Shown here piece by piece: positions 17,552-30,204 of a stretch of 51,030 nucleotides of DNA. The stretch comes from Candidatus Avimonoglobus intestinipullorum (lineage in GTDB: Bacteria; Bacillota; Clostridia; UBA1381), in assembly GCA_018714645.1 (NCBI GenBank), contig DVND01000019.1, positions 1 to 51,030 of the forward strand. Reading direction: 5' to 3'. Each line of letters starts with the position of its first letter. The first letter of the stretch is position 1. Under the pieces are notes generated by a model. The model did no database searches, was not told where the DNA came from, and saw nothing but the letters and a program-made list of their open reading frames with translations. Both the position numbers and the translations under genes were made by a program.

Positions 17552-19060
17552 TTATACATATTTCGCCGCAAGGCGCATGATCTCTTCCTGGACATCCTGG
17601 CCCTGCTGCGCGCGCATATCAACAATACCCGCAAGCCTGCCGCCGCTCATCACCATGATCCGGTCACAAATCCCGATCAGTTCCGGCATCTCCGACGACA
17701 CCACAATGACCCCTTTCCCATTATTGGCCAAATCGATAATCAATTGATAGATGTCGTATTTTGCCCCCACGTCGATGCCGCGGGTGGGTTCATCCAAGAG
17801 CAGCACTTCCGGCTTTGTCAGGAGCCAGCGCCCGATAATCACCTTTTGCTGGTTCCCGCCGGACAGGGACTTTATATGGGTTTTACTGGTCGGTGTTTTT
17901 ACACGCATACTGCTGATAACCCATTGCGCATCATGCTCCATCCGCCTGCCCGAAAGCAGGCCCAGGTTCAAATAGGCTCTGAAATTCGCCATGGCCGAAT
18001 TGAACGTAATGCTTTGCAGCGGGATGATCCCCGTTGCACGCCGCTCCTCCGTCAGCATGGCAAACCCATTTTTGATGGCCTGCTTGGGGTTGTCGTTCCG
18101 GATTTCTTTCCCGTGGAGATAAATCTTCCCTTCGCTCTTTTTTGCCAGCCCAAAAAGCGTCTCCAACACCTCGGTACGCCGGGATCCCACCAGCCCCGCA
18201 ACCCCCAAAATCTCGCCTTTGCGCAGTTCGAAGGACACATCCCTACAAGCCGGCTCAAACCGCCCTGTCAAATGCTCCACCTTCAGCAGCACCTCCGCCG
18301 GGGTGTTGGTTTTCGGCGGGAACCGCTCCTGCAAATCCCGCCCGACCATCAGCTTGATAATTTCATCCGTCGTTAAATCCGCCGCACGCTTCGTAGCAAT
18401 CCACTTGCCGTCGCGCATGATGGTGACGTCGTCGGAAATCCGCAGGATTTCCTCCATTTTATGCGAAATATAGATCATCCCTACACCGCGTTTTTTCAGT
18501 TTTTCGATGATGCGGAACAGGTGCTCCACCTCCTGGCTGGTCAAGCTGGACGTGGGTTCATCCAGCACCAGGATTTTCGCGTCATACGACACCGCCTTTG
18601 CAATCTCCACCATCTGCCGCTGCGATACGGATAAGTTGCCGATAATTTGCCGCGGGTCGATATTGATTTCCAATTCCTTAAAAATTTCCTGCGTATCGTG
18701 ATACATTTTTTTGTGGTCAATCAGGCCCGCTTTTTTGGGGAACCGGCCCAGCCAGACGTTTTCCATGACGCTCCGGCGCAAAACCTGATTCAATTCCTGA
18801 TGCACCATGGCAACGCCGTTATCCAGCGCCTGCTTTGGATTATTGAACCGGACGGGTATGCCTTCAATCCGGATTTCTCCCGCATCCTCAATATAAACGC
18901 CAAACAGGCATTTCATCAGCGTGCTTTTTCCCGCGCCGTTTTCACCCATCAACGCGTTCACAGTCCCCCGCCGCAGCACGATCCGCGCCTTGTCCAGCGC
19001 CTTCACGCCCGGAAACTGCTTTTCTATATCTATCATTTCCAGTAGGATATCCTCTGCCAT
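17552..19060 (-). CDS. mglA: galactose/methyl-galactoside ABC transporter ATP-binding protein (duplicated NBD)
   Basis: 502 aa. Near-collinear with E. coli MglA from memory ([57 protein letters not shown]). Confidence 0.93.
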   Translation of the reverse strand: MAEDILLEMIDIEKQFPGVKALDKARIVLRRGTVNALMGENGAGKSTLMKCLFGVYIEDAGEIRIEGIPVRFNNPKQALDNGVAMVHQELNQVLRRSVMENVWLGRFPKKAGLIDHKKMYHDTQEIFKELEINIDPRQIIGNLSVSQRQMVEIAKAVSYDAKILVLDEPTSSLTSQEVEHLFRIIEKLKKRGVGMIYISHKMEEILRISDDVTIMRDGKWIATKRAADLTTDEIIKLMVGRDLQERFPPKTNTPAEVLLKVEHLTGRFEPACRDVSFELRKGEILGVAGLVGSRRTEVLETLFGLAKKSEGKIYLHGKEIRNDNPKQAIKNGFAMLTEERRATGIIPLQSITFNSAMANFRAYLNLGLLSGRRMEHDAQWVISSMRVKTPTSKTHIKSLSGGNQQKVIIGRWLLTKPEVLLLDEPTRGIDVGAKYDIYQLIIDLANNGKGVIVVSSEMPELIGICDRIMVMSGGRLAGIVDMRAQQGQDVQEEIMRLAAKYV

Positions 19061-19092
19061 TGCTCTGTCACCACGCTTCTCAAACTGTGTTA

Positions 19093-20136
19093 CTACTCTG
19101 CTGTAAACGGCACATACGGGATACGGATGGATACGCCGTCCGCGGCAATCTCATAATCGGTCCCTTCCGTGTAATCCTTTCCCTGGGCCGCATTTGTGGC
19201 AATTTCAACAATCGCCTTTCCCATCGCGTCGCCGTCCTGCTTGACCGTCGCCGCCATTTTCCCCGCATTGATTGCCGCAACGCCGGCCTCTGTGGCGTCC
19301 ACGCCGATGACGGGAATCCAATTTTCGGAATTCCGGTCCAGGTTATACCCCTCACTGTTCAAGGCTGCGATGACGCCCAGCGCCATATCGTCATTGTTGC
19401 AGAATACCGCTTCGATTTTCCCTTTATTTGCCGCCAACATTGCCTCCATCTGGGTCTGCGCCTGGTCTGTGGCCCAATTGGATACCAGCGCCCCGCCGGC
19501 ATTTATATTCTCCATCTTCATTCCGCGGGCTTCCGCCTGTTTCACGCTGTAAGTCGTGCGCGCCTCCGCTTCCGGATTCCCCGGCTCGCCCTTAAATACC
19601 AGATATTGGCACACGCCATCGCCGTTTAAATCCAGCGCCGGATTTTTTCCCCACAAATCCGCCAGCAAGTCGCCCTGCATTGTCCCGGCTTCCGAAGCAG
19701 TGGTGCCGATGAAGATGCCCCCGCAGGATTCCATTACGGATTTATCCGGCTCCCGGTTGAAAAAGATCGCCGGGATCTGCGCCGCCTTTGCCTTGTCTGC
19801 CAACCCTTGAGCGGAGCCTGCGTCCACCGCATTGATCAGTAGCACGTCCACATTTTTATTAATCAATACATCCAACTGGTCGTTCTGCTTCGCCTGGTCG
19901 CCCTGGGCGTCCTGCATGTCCAGCTTGATGCTGACATTGGATTTTTCCGCATAATCCTGGATGGCCTGGCGCACCGTTGAGATATAGGTGTCGTCAAATT
20001 TATAAATCAGTACGCCAAAGCGCAGTGTATCCTGCTCCCCGCCGGCCGTGCCATTTTCCCCGCCAGTCCTATTCCCGCAGCCGTACAGACCCAGCATCAG
20101 GGATACGGCCAACACATAATAAATCATTTTTTTCAT
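19093..20136 (-). CDS. mglB: galactose/glucose ABC transporter substrate-binding lipoprotein
   Basis: Periplasmic-binding-protein type I fold. Start moved to the ATG at 20136 ([20 protein letters not shown], with lipobox LYGC), which has AGGAGGAT just upstream. The ORF-track start at 20280 adds 48 implausible residues. Confidence 0.88.
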   Translation of the reverse strand: MKKMIYYVLAVSLMLGLYGCGNRTGGENGTAGGEQDTLRFGVLIYKFDDTYISTVRQAIQDYAEKSNVSIKLDMQDAQGDQAKQNDQLDVLINKNVDVLLINAVDAGSAQGLADKAKAAQIPAIFFNREPDKSVMESCGGIFIGTTASEAGTMQGDLLADLWGKNPALDLNGDGVCQYLVFKGEPGNPEAEARTTYSVKQAEARGMKMENINAGGALVSNWATDQAQTQMEAMLAANKGKIEAVFCNNDDMALGVIAALNSEGYNLDRNSENWIPVIGVDATEAGVAAINAGKMAATVKQDGDAMGKAIVEIATNAAQGKDYTEGTDYEIAADGVSIRIPYVPFTAE

Positions 20137-20300
20137 GGTAATCCTCCTGTTTCTTGTTTCATCTTTTATAAGATTTACAACTTTCGTGAAAAATATTACA
20201 GAAACAAGCATCTTAAACAGAAATATTAAAATTTCCAGAAATAACATAAAATTTATCTTCCGAAATTGAATAAATTTCAAGCTGTAAACCGCTTGGATAC

Positions 20301-20329
20301 TTGAAAAAATTTTTAAAAAGTGGTATAAT
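20301..20329 (+). promoter_or_regulatory. candidate sigma-A promoter of recJ-relA
   Basis: TTGAAA (20301-20306), a 17-nt spacer and TATAAT (20324-20329). Confidence 0.5.
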
Positions 20330-20359
20330 AATTTATAAAATCATTTTTTGGAGCGGCCT

Positions 20360-22075
20360 ATGCAGAATAAGATTTGGAGATATAAAAACAGCGGCTTGAC
20401 AACTGAAAAAATCAGCGCGTTCGCGCAGCAGAACCATGTGCCGCACGTCATTGCCGCAATCCTCCTAAACCGTGGTATCCAAACGGAGGCGCAAGTCAAA
20501 GCGTATCTTCAAAAATCCCTGGAATGTGTGCACAACCCCAACCTGTTGAATGACATGGAACAAGCTGCCGCACGGATTCTGACGGCGATCAACAATCATG
20601 AGAAAATTGTGATCTACGGCGATTATGACGTGGACGGCATCACCTCTACCGCGCTGCTATACAAATTCCTGAAAAAAGAAGGGGCGGACGTGGAATACTA
20701 TATCCCTGACCGGCTGTCGGAGGGGTACGGCATCAACATCATGGCAATCAACAAAATTTCCCGCTCCGGCGCAAAATTGCTCATCACCGTAGACTGCGGC
20801 ATCACCGCCGTAGGGGAAATTGAATTGGCAAAAGCGCAGAAGATGGACGTGATCGTCACCGACCATCACACCTGCAAGGAAAAGCTCCCGGACGCCACCG
20901 CCGTCATCAATCCAAAGCGCCCGGATTCGACATATCCGTTTGATGCGTTGGCAGGCGTGGGCGTGGCTTTTAAGCTGGCGCTGGCGGTTACCATGGCTTT
21001 GGGGAAAAGTACAAAGGCCTGCTTTGACGAGTACGTGGAACTGGCGGCAATCGGCACCATTGCAGACGTCGTCACGCTGCTGGATGAAAACCGCGTGATT
21101 GTTGACCGGGGGCTGAAACAACTGCAGCATACGGGCAATGTGGGCATCAAAGCCCTGATAGACGTAGCGGGCGTCAAGAACATTGATGCTTCTGCTGTGG
21201 CGTTTTTCCTATCGCCGCGGCTCAATGCCGCCGGGCGGCTGGGCGCGGCGCAGTCCGCCGTACAGCTATTGCTGTGTGAGGATGCGCAGGAGGCATATTT
21301 AGCCGCGCAGAACCTGAACGAGGAAAACCGCCAGCGGCAGATGACAGAGCAAAAAATTTTAGAAGAAGCCCAGGCCATGATCGCAGGCGACCCGAATTTT
21401 GAACTAAAAAAAGTGATCGTCCTGGCAAAAGAAGGCTGGCACCACGGCGTGATCGGCATCGTCGCCTCACGCTTGTGCGAGAAATTCACAAAGCCCTGCA
21501 TTTTATTGGCCTGCGAAAACGGCGTTGCAAAAGGCTCCGGGCGTTCTGTGGGCAGCTTTAACCTGTTTGAAGCGCTTTCCGCCTGCGAAGACCTGCTCAC
21601 CAACTTCGGCGGACATGCCATGGCGGCGGGCGTGGGATTGAACACAACGGAGTTAGACGCCTTTGCGGCAAAAATCAATAAATATGCAGATGCACATATG
21701 GCGCCGGAGGATTTGGTGAAACAAATTGATATTGACTGCTCCATTTCCCCCTCCAGCATCACGCTGGAAAACGCCAGGCTGCTGCTCCATTTGGAACCAT
21801 TCGGCATGGGGAACGAAAAGCCGGTCTTTGCATCCAGAGGATTGCGCATCCATGCAATCAACACCATGGGGATCGACAACAAGCATTTGCGGGTACGGCT
21901 GTCCCACAAAAATAAAAACATCCAGGCCGTCGGCTTTCATATGGGCGCATACAGCGCCGGTTTCAAAGAAGGCGATCTGGTGGACATTGTCTACACCATG
22001 GACATCAATTCCTATCAGGGGAATGAACAGGTCCAGTTATTACTGAAGGATATCAAACACAGCGGAAGGGGGTGA
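20360..22075 (+). CDS. recJ: single-stranded-DNA-specific exonuclease RecJ
   Basis: DHH and DHHA1 motifs (IYGDYDVDGITS, ITVDCG, VIVTDHH, GGHAMAAG). The ATG at 20360 is 6 nt after GGAG; the ORF track starts at TTG 20348. Confidence 0.92.
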   Translation: MQNKIWRYKNSGLTTEKISAFAQQNHVPHVIAAILLNRGIQTEAQVKAYLQKSLECVHNPNLLNDMEQAAARILTAINNHEKIVIYGDYDVDGITSTALLYKFLKKEGADVEYYIPDRLSEGYGINIMAINKISRSGAKLLITVDCGITAVGEIELAKAQKMDVIVTDHHTCKEKLPDATAVINPKRPDSTYPFDALAGVGVAFKLALAVTMALGKSTKACFDEYVELAAIGTIADVVTLLDENRVIVDRGLKQLQHTGNVGIKALIDVAGVKNIDASAVAFFLSPRLNAAGRLGAAQSAVQLLLCEDAQEAYLAAQNLNEENRQRQMTEQKILEEAQAMIAGDPNFELKKVIVLAKEGWHHGVIGIVASRLCEKFTKPCILLACENGVAKGSGRSVGSFNLFEALSACEDLLTNFGGHAMAAGVGLNTTELDAFAAKINKYADAHMAPEDLVKQIDIDCSISPSSITLENARLLLHLEPFGMGNEKPVFASRGLRIHAINTMGIDNKHLRVRLSHKNKNIQAVGFHMGAYSAGFKEGDLVDIVYTMDINSYQGNEQVQLLLKDIKHSGRG

Positions 22076-22076
22076 C

Positions 22077-24308
22077 ATGATGGCGGAAAAAGAATTGATT
22101 TTAGCGCCTGATAAAATTCCAAATATTGCAGAGGACACTGACGCAATTATCGCCAAGGTCATTGCGCTGGTCAAGGGCTACAGCCCCAACGCGAACACAG
22201 ATATGATCGAAGTGGCCTACCGCCTGGCAAAGGCGGCCCATAAAAATCAATTCCGCCGTTCCGGGGAGCCCTATATCGACCACCCGGTACAAATTGCCTA
22301 CATCGCCGCGGAGCTCTCCATGGACGCGGTGGCCATCACCGCCGCCCTGCTGCACGACGTCATTGAGGATACCCCCTATACCTTTTCGGACATCAAAACG
22401 CTGTTCGGCAGCAGCGTGGCGGAAATCGTGGACGGCGTCACGAAGCTGACAAAAATCCAATACAATACCCACGAGGAACAACAGGTGGAAAATCTGCGCA
22501 AAATGTTCCTCGCCATGGCGAAAGACATCCGCGTCGTCATCATCAAGCTCATCGACCGTCTGCACAATATGCGGACACTAAAATTCATGACCCCGGAAAA
22601 GCAGCTGGAAAAAGCAAAGGAAACGCTGGAGGTCTACTCCCCGCTGGCGCATCGTCTCGGTATGTCCAAAATCAAATCCGAGCTGGAAGATTTATCCCTG
22701 AAATACCTGGACCCGGTGGCATATGAAGAAATCCGCACCAGCATCAGCCAGAAAAAAAGCGAGCGGGAACAATACGTTGCCGATATCATTGACACACTGC
22801 AAAAAAAATTGGATCAAATCGGCATCAAGGGGCAAATCACAGGCCGGGCAAAGCATTTTTACAGCATCTTCCGTAAGATGTATGCCCAGAATAAAACCAT
22901 TGATGAAATCTACGATCTGTTCGCCGTGCGCGTGATTGTGGATACCGTGGCGGATTGCTATGCGGTGCTGGGCATGGTACACGAAATGTACACCCCCATC
23001 CCCATGCGGTTTAAAGACTATATCGCCATGCCGAAACCGAACATGTACCAGTCGCTGCACACGACGGTGGTCGGCCCCAACGGCACGCCTTTTGAAATCC
23101 AAATCCGCACCTGGGAAATGCACAAGGTGGCGGAGGAAGGCATTGCGGCGCACTGGAAATATAAAGAGGGCATCAACGGCGAGACCAGCATGGATTCCAA
23201 GCTGGAATGGGTGCGGCAGCTATTGGAAAACCAGGTGGATATCATCGACACGGATGACTTTTTGAACACCATTAAGCTGGATTTGTTCAACGACGAGGTG
23301 TTCGTCTTTACGCCCAACGGCAAGGTGCTCTCCCTGCCCAGCGGCAGCACCGTCATCGATTTTGCATTCGCAATCCACACCCAGGTGGGCTGCAGGATGA
23401 GCGGAGCAAAGGTAAATAATAAAATCGTGCCCCATGACTACAAATTGAAAAACGGCGATATTGTCGAGATTTTGACCTCTTCCTCTGTAAAAGGCCCCAG
23501 CCGGGACTGGCTGAAGATTGTCAAGACCTCGCAGGCGAAAAATAAAATCAACCAATGGCTGAAACGGGAGTGCCGCGATGAAAACATCATCCACGGCAAG
23601 GAACTGATTGACCGCGAGCTGCGCCGCATCAACATTCCGCAATCCCAACTGTTCCGGGACGAGTGGCTCGCGCCGCTGTTCCGCAAATACTCGTTTAATT
23701 CCATTGACGACCTGTACGCCAGCGTGGGCTATGGCGGCCTGACGGCGCAGAAAGTGGTCATGCGCCTGCGGGAGGAATACATCCGCGACAAAAAGGACTC
23801 CCCCCAGGAGGAGCCCCCGAAGCCGACGGAACCGAAAAAACGCAGGAACCACACAAGCGGCATCAATGTAGTGGGTATTGACAATTGCCTGGTGCGCCTT
23901 GCAAAGTGCTGCAATCCCGTACCGGGGGATGACATCATAGGCTTTATCACCAAGGGGCGCGGCGTTTCCGTCCATCGGGCGGACTGCCCGAATATGCAGC
24001 CCGGCGCCCTCTCGGAAGAAGACCGCCAGCGGTTCATTGAAGTCCATTGGGCGGAAGAAAAGCAGGCCAGCTATATCGCCACCCTGGAAGTCCATGCGGA
24101 AAACCGGCCGGGGATGATGATGGCGGTATCCGCCGCCATGGCGGACATGAAAATCAATTGCGCCTCCATCACCGCCCGCGTGACCAAACAGGGCGACGCC
24201 GTGATGACGTTCGGGCTGGAAATTTCCAACACGGCCGACGTGAAAAAGGCCATGAACAAAATCCGCCAGATTGTGGGCGTTATTTCGGTCAGCCGGACAA
24301 CCAACTAG
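22077..24308 (+). CDS. relA: bifunctional (p)ppGpp synthetase/hydrolase (RelA/SpoT homologue, Rel)
   Basis: 743 aa with an HD hydrolase domain (HPVQIAYIAAEL...LLHDVIEDT), synthetase domain (GRAKHFYSIFRKM, DLFAVRVIV), and TGS and ACT C-terminal domains. Confidence 0.95.
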   Translation: MMAEKELILAPDKIPNIAEDTDAIIAKVIALVKGYSPNANTDMIEVAYRLAKAAHKNQFRRSGEPYIDHPVQIAYIAAELSMDAVAITAALLHDVIEDTPYTFSDIKTLFGSSVAEIVDGVTKLTKIQYNTHEEQQVENLRKMFLAMAKDIRVVIIKLIDRLHNMRTLKFMTPEKQLEKAKETLEVYSPLAHRLGMSKIKSELEDLSLKYLDPVAYEEIRTSISQKKSEREQYVADIIDTLQKKLDQIGIKGQITGRAKHFYSIFRKMYAQNKTIDEIYDLFAVRVIVDTVADCYAVLGMVHEMYTPIPMRFKDYIAMPKPNMYQSLHTTVVGPNGTPFEIQIRTWEMHKVAEEGIAAHWKYKEGINGETSMDSKLEWVRQLLENQVDIIDTDDFLNTIKLDLFNDEVFVFTPNGKVLSLPSGSTVIDFAFAIHTQVGCRMSGAKVNNKIVPHDYKLKNGDIVEILTSSSVKGPSRDWLKIVKTSQAKNKINQWLKRECRDENIIHGKELIDRELRRINIPQSQLFRDEWLAPLFRKYSFNSIDDLYASVGYGGLTAQKVVMRLREEYIRDKKDSPQEEPPKPTEPKKRRNHTSGINVVGIDNCLVRLAKCCNPVPGDDIIGFITKGRGVSVHRADCPNMQPGALSEEDRQRFIEVHWAEEKQASYIATLEVHAENRPGMMMAVSAAMADMKINCASITARVTKQGDAVMTFGLEISNTADVKKAMNKIRQIVGVISVSRTTN

Positions 24309-24323
24309 GGAAAGAGGTTCAAT

Positions 24324-24548
24324 ATGCAGACACAACAACTCAAAATCTCCACAGAATTTATCAAGCTGGATCAGCTTTTGAAATTTGCAGGGATTGCCGA
24401 GAGCGGCACAGACGCAAAGGATATGATCCTGGACGGGATCGTGCTGGTCAACGGCGCCGTCTGCACCATGCGGGGCAAAAAGCTGCGCCCCGGCGATCAG
24501 GTGCTGCTGCATTTTGAGGACGGGCAATATCAGATCATAGTGGAATAA
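24324..24548 (+). CDS. yaaA: S4-domain RNA-binding protein YaaA
   Basis: 74 aa ([32 protein letters not shown]) in the conserved position directly upstream of recF. Confidence 0.85.
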   Translation: MQTQQLKISTEFIKLDQLLKFAGIAESGTDAKDMILDGIVLVNGAVCTMRGKKLRPGDQVLLHFEDGQYQIIVE

Positions 24549-24549
24549 G

Positions 24550-25647
24550 ATGTTTATTAAATCATTATCAGTCGCGAATTTCAGGAATTACGACATAGAA
24601 TTTATTACGTTTTCCCCCAACACCAACATCATCTACGGCAATAACGCCCAGGGGAAAACAAACCTGCTGGAAGCGGTTTATCTCTTTTCCCACGGCAGGA
24701 GCCACCGCGCCAAATCCGATACGGAAATGATCCGTTTCGGCAAGCCCTTTATGAAGCTGTCGCTGGAATTTTCCGACAGCGTGCGGGACTATAACGCGGC
24801 GATGCAGCTTTCCTCCAACGGGAAGAAGCAAATCCAGATCAACAACGTGCCCATCACCAAATTGTCCATGCTGATGAATTATTTGAACGTGGTGATGTTC
24901 TCGCCGGAGGATTTGGAGCTGGTAAAGGGCAGCCCTTCTGTGCGGCGCAGGTTTATGGACGAGGCCGTCAGCCAGCTCTACCCTAACTATTTAAGCCATT
25001 TAATCAGCTACCATAAGGCGCTGGCACAGAAAAACAGCCTGCTGAAAGCCCTGCGGCTGACCGGGGCGCATACCGACGCCTCCCTTTCCGTCTGGAATGA
25101 ACAGCTGGCGGGGCATGCTGCGGTGATTATGCGCTTCCGGCAAGAATTCCTGGCGGCAATGGACGGTTTGGCCGCGCCTGTACACGCCCAGATCAGCCGG
25201 GAAAATTTGAAACTGCTCTATACACCAAACCTGGATTGTGGTATAATAGAAGAAGAGGGCTTTGCGGCGGCAATATATGAAAAGCTTGAACAACGGCAGG
25301 CGCGGGAAATTGATGCAGGGAGCGCACAATACGGCCCCCAGCGGGATGATTTCAGGCTGCTGATCAATGAAAATGACGCAAAAACCTACGGTTCCCAGGG
25401 CCAGCAGCGCACAGCAGTCCTTTCGCTGAAAATCGCTGAGACCGAGTACATCCGGCATGTGAAGGAGGAATACCCGGTGCTGCTGCTGGACGATATCATG
25501 AGCGAGTTGGATGTCAACCGCCGGATGTTCCTGGCTGAAAAAATCAAAAATAAGCAGGTGCTTCTGACCTGCACGGACAGCGACTTGCCGGCGGGCACCG
25601 AAAACGCCAGCCTTTTTTATGTGGAAGGCGGGAAAATCAAACGGTAA
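24550..25647 (+). CDS. recF: DNA replication and repair protein RecF
   Basis: 365 aa with Walker A GNNAQGKTNLLEA, signature SQGQQRT and Walker B LLLDDIMSELD. Confidence 0.95.
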   Translation: MFIKSLSVANFRNYDIEFITFSPNTNIIYGNNAQGKTNLLEAVYLFSHGRSHRAKSDTEMIRFGKPFMKLSLEFSDSVRDYNAAMQLSSNGKKQIQINNVPITKLSMLMNYLNVVMFSPEDLELVKGSPSVRRRFMDEAVSQLYPNYLSHLISYHKALAQKNSLLKALRLTGAHTDASLSVWNEQLAGHAAVIMRFRQEFLAAMDGLAAPVHAQISRENLKLLYTPNLDCGIIEEEGFAAAIYEKLEQRQAREIDAGSAQYGPQRDDFRLLINENDAKTYGSQGQQRTAVLSLKIAETEYIRHVKEEYPVLLLDDIMSELDVNRRMFLAEKIKNKQVLLTCTDSDLPAGTENASLFYVEGGKIKR

Positions 25648-25661
25648 AAGGAGGATGGGGC

Positions 25662-25919
25662 ATGTTCCTGCATTTGGGGAATGACGCGGTGGTGAATACA
25701 AAGGATATCGTCGCCATTTTCGATATGGACAATACGACGGTTTCCAAGAACAGCCGGAAATTTCTGGCTCAGGCGCAAAAAAACGGGCAGGTCGTCGACA
25801 CCTCCGAGGATTTGCCAAAATCCTATATCGTTGCCAACACAAACGGCAAAACAAAGGTCTATATCTCTTCCGTTTCCTCGCAAACGCTGCTGAAACGGTC
25901 AAGAGAAATATTATATTAG
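25662..25919 (+). CDS. remB: DUF370-family protein (RemB/YaaB-like)
   Basis: 85 aa. MFLHLGNDAVVNTKDIVAIFD resembles B. subtilis YaaB/RemB. In the conserved position between recF and gyrB. Confidence 0.8.
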   Translation: MFLHLGNDAVVNTKDIVAIFDMDNTTVSKNSRKFLAQAQKNGQVVDTSEDLPKSYIVANTNGKTKVYISSVSSQTLLKRSREILY

Positions 25920-27860
<1,941 letters not shown>

Positions 27861-27870
27861 TAATACGCAT

Positions 27871-27906
27871 AAAAAGATGGCGGACAAAGCAGTCCGCCAT
27901 CTTTTT
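27871..27906. terminator. bidirectional intrinsic terminator
   Basis: AAAAAGATGGCGGAC-aaagca-GTCCGCCATCTTTTT between convergent gyrB and the radical SAM gene. Confidence 0.85.
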
Positions 27907-28510
27907 ATTCTGAATAATTCCGGACCCGGAACTGTACGCCAATATCCTCTGCAATGTGCCGGCAGGCTTCGATGTCCTCCGGCGAAATGACGTCCACAAT
28001 GCTCAAAATCACATTGGGCACATGCGCCTTCGCTTTTTCGGCAAAATCCAGCATCGCGTCAAAGCCTTTTTCGCCATAGTCGCAGATGCACAGCTCATTG
28101 TACTCCCGCGCATTTTTCGCATTCAGGCTGATGGAAAGGGTGTCGATCACGCCCTCCATCTCGGGCGTGATATCGCGCCCATTATAAATATTCCCGTGCC
28201 CGTTCGTATTGATACGGATGAGCGCAGCGCTGGTATCCTTAATAAACTTTGCAGCCTGCAGGCACACATCCGCCCGCAGCAACGGCTCACCGTAGCCGCA
28301 AAAAATGATGTGTTCATACCGCTTGTAATCCGCTTTTTGCAGCGCTTCCACCACTTCTTCATAGCTTGGCTCATGCTCCAGCCAAAGATCAATCCCGTCC
28401 ACGCCGGAGGGCGTAAAACGGATGCAGAACTTGCAGCGGTTCGTACAGCGGTTCGTCAAATTGACATAGAGCTGGTTTTGGTATTGATAAACAACATTCA
28501 TGGCGCTCAT
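27905..28510 (-). CDS. TatD-associated radical SAM protein (TIGR04038-like)
   Basis: 201 aa. CxxxCxxC cluster motif in LTNRCTNRCKFCIR. Small half-barrel size. Lies 3 nt downstream of a tatD-family gene, which defines the family as I recall it. Confidence 0.75.
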   Translation of the reverse strand: MSAMNVVYQYQNQLYVNLTNRCTNRCKFCIRFTPSGVDGIDLWLEHEPSYEEVVEALQKADYKRYEHIIFCGYGEPLLRADVCLQAAKFIKDTSAALIRINTNGHGNIYNGRDITPEMEGVIDTLSISLNAKNAREYNELCICDYGEKGFDAMLDFAEKAKAHVPNVILSIVDVISPEDIEACRHIAEDIGVQFRVRNYSE

Positions 28511-28513
28511 GGC

Positions 28514-29284
28514 CTAACCCTCGATTCTAAAACATTTTTTTGCATTTTCACAAGTCTGTGCAGCAATTTTTTCCACAGATACGCCTTTTATCTCCGCCAG
28601 TTTTTCAGCGACATAATGGATGTACAAGGAACTGTTCCGCTTGCCGCGATGCGGCTCCGGCGTCAGATAGGGGCAGTCCGTTTCAATCAAAATCCGGTCC
28701 AGCGGCACATACGCCGCCACCTCCGCAGGGCGCACTGCTTTTTTAAAGGTCAGCGACCCGCCGAATGCAATGTACATGCCCCAATCCAAAACCTCCCGCG
28801 CCATCTCGACACTGCCTGCATAACAATGGAACACGCCTCCAACATCGCGCACCCCGTGTGCGCGCAGAATGTCCATGGTGTCCTGATGCGCGTCGCGGTC
28901 ATGGATAATGACAGGCATATCCAGTTCCTTTGCCGCCTCCACCTGCGCCGCAAACCACTTTTTCTGCACGTCCCTGGGGGAAAAATCGTAATAGTAATCC
29001 AGCCCGATTTCACCAATCGCTTTTACCTTCGGCAACGCTGCATATTTTTTCAGTTCCTCCAAATCAGCCTGCCGCATGTGCGCCGCCTCATGCGGATGTA
29101 CACCCACGGCGGCATAAATAAACGGATACCGTTCCGTCAGCGGCAGAATATCCTGCATTTCACACAAATCCGAGCAGGCATTCATGATATAGGATACATG
29201 GTTTTCCTGCATTTGGGACAATAACGCATCCCTGTCCGCTTCAAACCGTTCATCATTATAATGCGCATGGGAATCAAAAAACAT
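28514..29284 (-). CDS. tatD: TatD-family metal-dependent hydrolase/DNase
   Basis: 256 aa with MFFDSHAHY, AIGEIGLDYYY, IHDRDAH, VFHCY.GS and ETDCPYL motifs. Confidence 0.92.
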   Translation of the reverse strand: MFFDSHAHYNDERFEADRDALLSQMQENHVSYIMNACSDLCEMQDILPLTERYPFIYAAVGVHPHEAAHMRQADLEELKKYAALPKVKAIGEIGLDYYYDFSPRDVQKKWFAAQVEAAKELDMPVIIHDRDAHQDTMDILRAHGVRDVGGVFHCYAGSVEMAREVLDWGMYIAFGGSLTFKKAVRPAEVAAYVPLDRILIETDCPYLTPEPHRGKRNSSLYIHYVAEKLAEIKGVSVEKIAAQTCENAKKCFRIEG

Positions 29285-29295
29285 CCAACCGCCTC

Positions 29296-30204
29296 CTAAA
29301 ACCCGCTCTGACTAAAATAGTTCATCCAATCGCCCGATACAATCCAGTTGATCATGACCGCGCCATTGAAAAGAACCACCAGCGCCAAAAATAAAATCGA
29401 TCCCACGGAAACACCTATCTTCGCAGCTCCCGGGGCAGTGACCGCCACGCGCCAAAGCCCGTTCTCCGTTTTGAAATACCGCCACAGCAAAACCGGCGCA
29501 AGCGCTGCAAGCGCCACCGTGAAAAACACGCTCAGTCCATCCACCCATACGGCTTGTAACTCATACAACAGCATCGTCAACAAGCTCACCCCGTTAAACA
29601 CGGCGTGCATGATGATGCATGCAAGCAATGAGCCGGAGCTATACCGTACAAGGCCAAACAGTATGCCGAGAAAAAAAATCGGGGCCATGGACCGGATGTC
29701 CATGTGCATCATGGTAAAAATCAGCGCGCTGATAAAAATCGCCGCCAGTGCCCCATAGGGCTCTAACAGCTTCATCATCACACCCCTGCACAGCAATTCC
29801 TCCAGCACAGGCGCGGCAATACAAAGCACCGCAAACGCCAGCAAAATATCCCCTGCCGTCTGCATCCCCATAAACTCGTCCGGCTGTGGGCCAAACAACA
29901 AATTCAGCAACGCATTGAGCGGGACCATCGCCAATATGATAAACCGCGAAACGGCCAGCGGCAGGACTATATAATACCCCGTCCTGCTTTTGTCAAAACA
30001 GCACTCCACTGCCAGCGGCGTTCCATTGGTGTACAACAGCAGCATTCCAATACCGATGGGCACAAACAAAAAACACTCCCCAACCAATGAAGCCAGGTAC
30101 GTATTGATCAGCGGATACAGCAGCATCAGCAGTGCCGGCGGGATCTGGATCAGAACCACCGCCAGCAGCGCCAGCCACCACGCGATTTGATATCCCCTAT
30201 TCAC
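29296..30204 (-). CDS. CPBP-family intramembrane glutamic endopeptidase (CAAX protease/Abi)
   Basis: 302 aa and polytopic, with motif 1 EELLCRG, motif 2 FTMMH and motif 3 HAVFNG. Confidence 0.85.
   Translation of the reverse strand: MNRGYQIAWWLALLAVVLIQIPPALLMLLYPLINTYLASLVGECFLFVPIGIGMLLLYTNGTPLAVECCFDKSRTGYYIVLPLAVSRFIILAMVPLNALLNLLFGPQPDEFMGMQTAGDILLAFAVLCIAAPVLEELLCRGVMMKLLEPYGALAAIFISALIFTMMHMDIRSMAPIFFLGILFGLVRYSSGSLLACIIMHAVFNGVSLLTMLLYELQAVWVDGLSVFFTVALAALAPVLLWRYFKTENGLWRVAVTAPGAAKIGVSVGSILFLALVVLFNGAVMINWIVSGDWMNYFSQSGF

Noticed and set aside
19093-20280. ORF-track maximal starts for several genes: mglB 20280, adhE 2735, DJ-1 31305, the small peptide 33739, the dockerin-like gene 35615, the membrane protein 39100, recJ 20348, the stalk protein 15762, marR 43586 and xylA 50968.
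   Set aside because: These upstream starts lack ribosome-binding sites, overlap neighbouring genes or promoters, or add non-homologous N-terminal extensions. Internal starts with proper SD spacing, and signal peptides where relevant, were preferred.
20283-20297. A cre-like catabolite-responsive element, TGTAAACCGCTTGGA, upstream of mglB/recJ.
   Set aside because: It does not align with the WTGNAANCGNWNNCW consensus without inserting a base, and the central CG is displaced.
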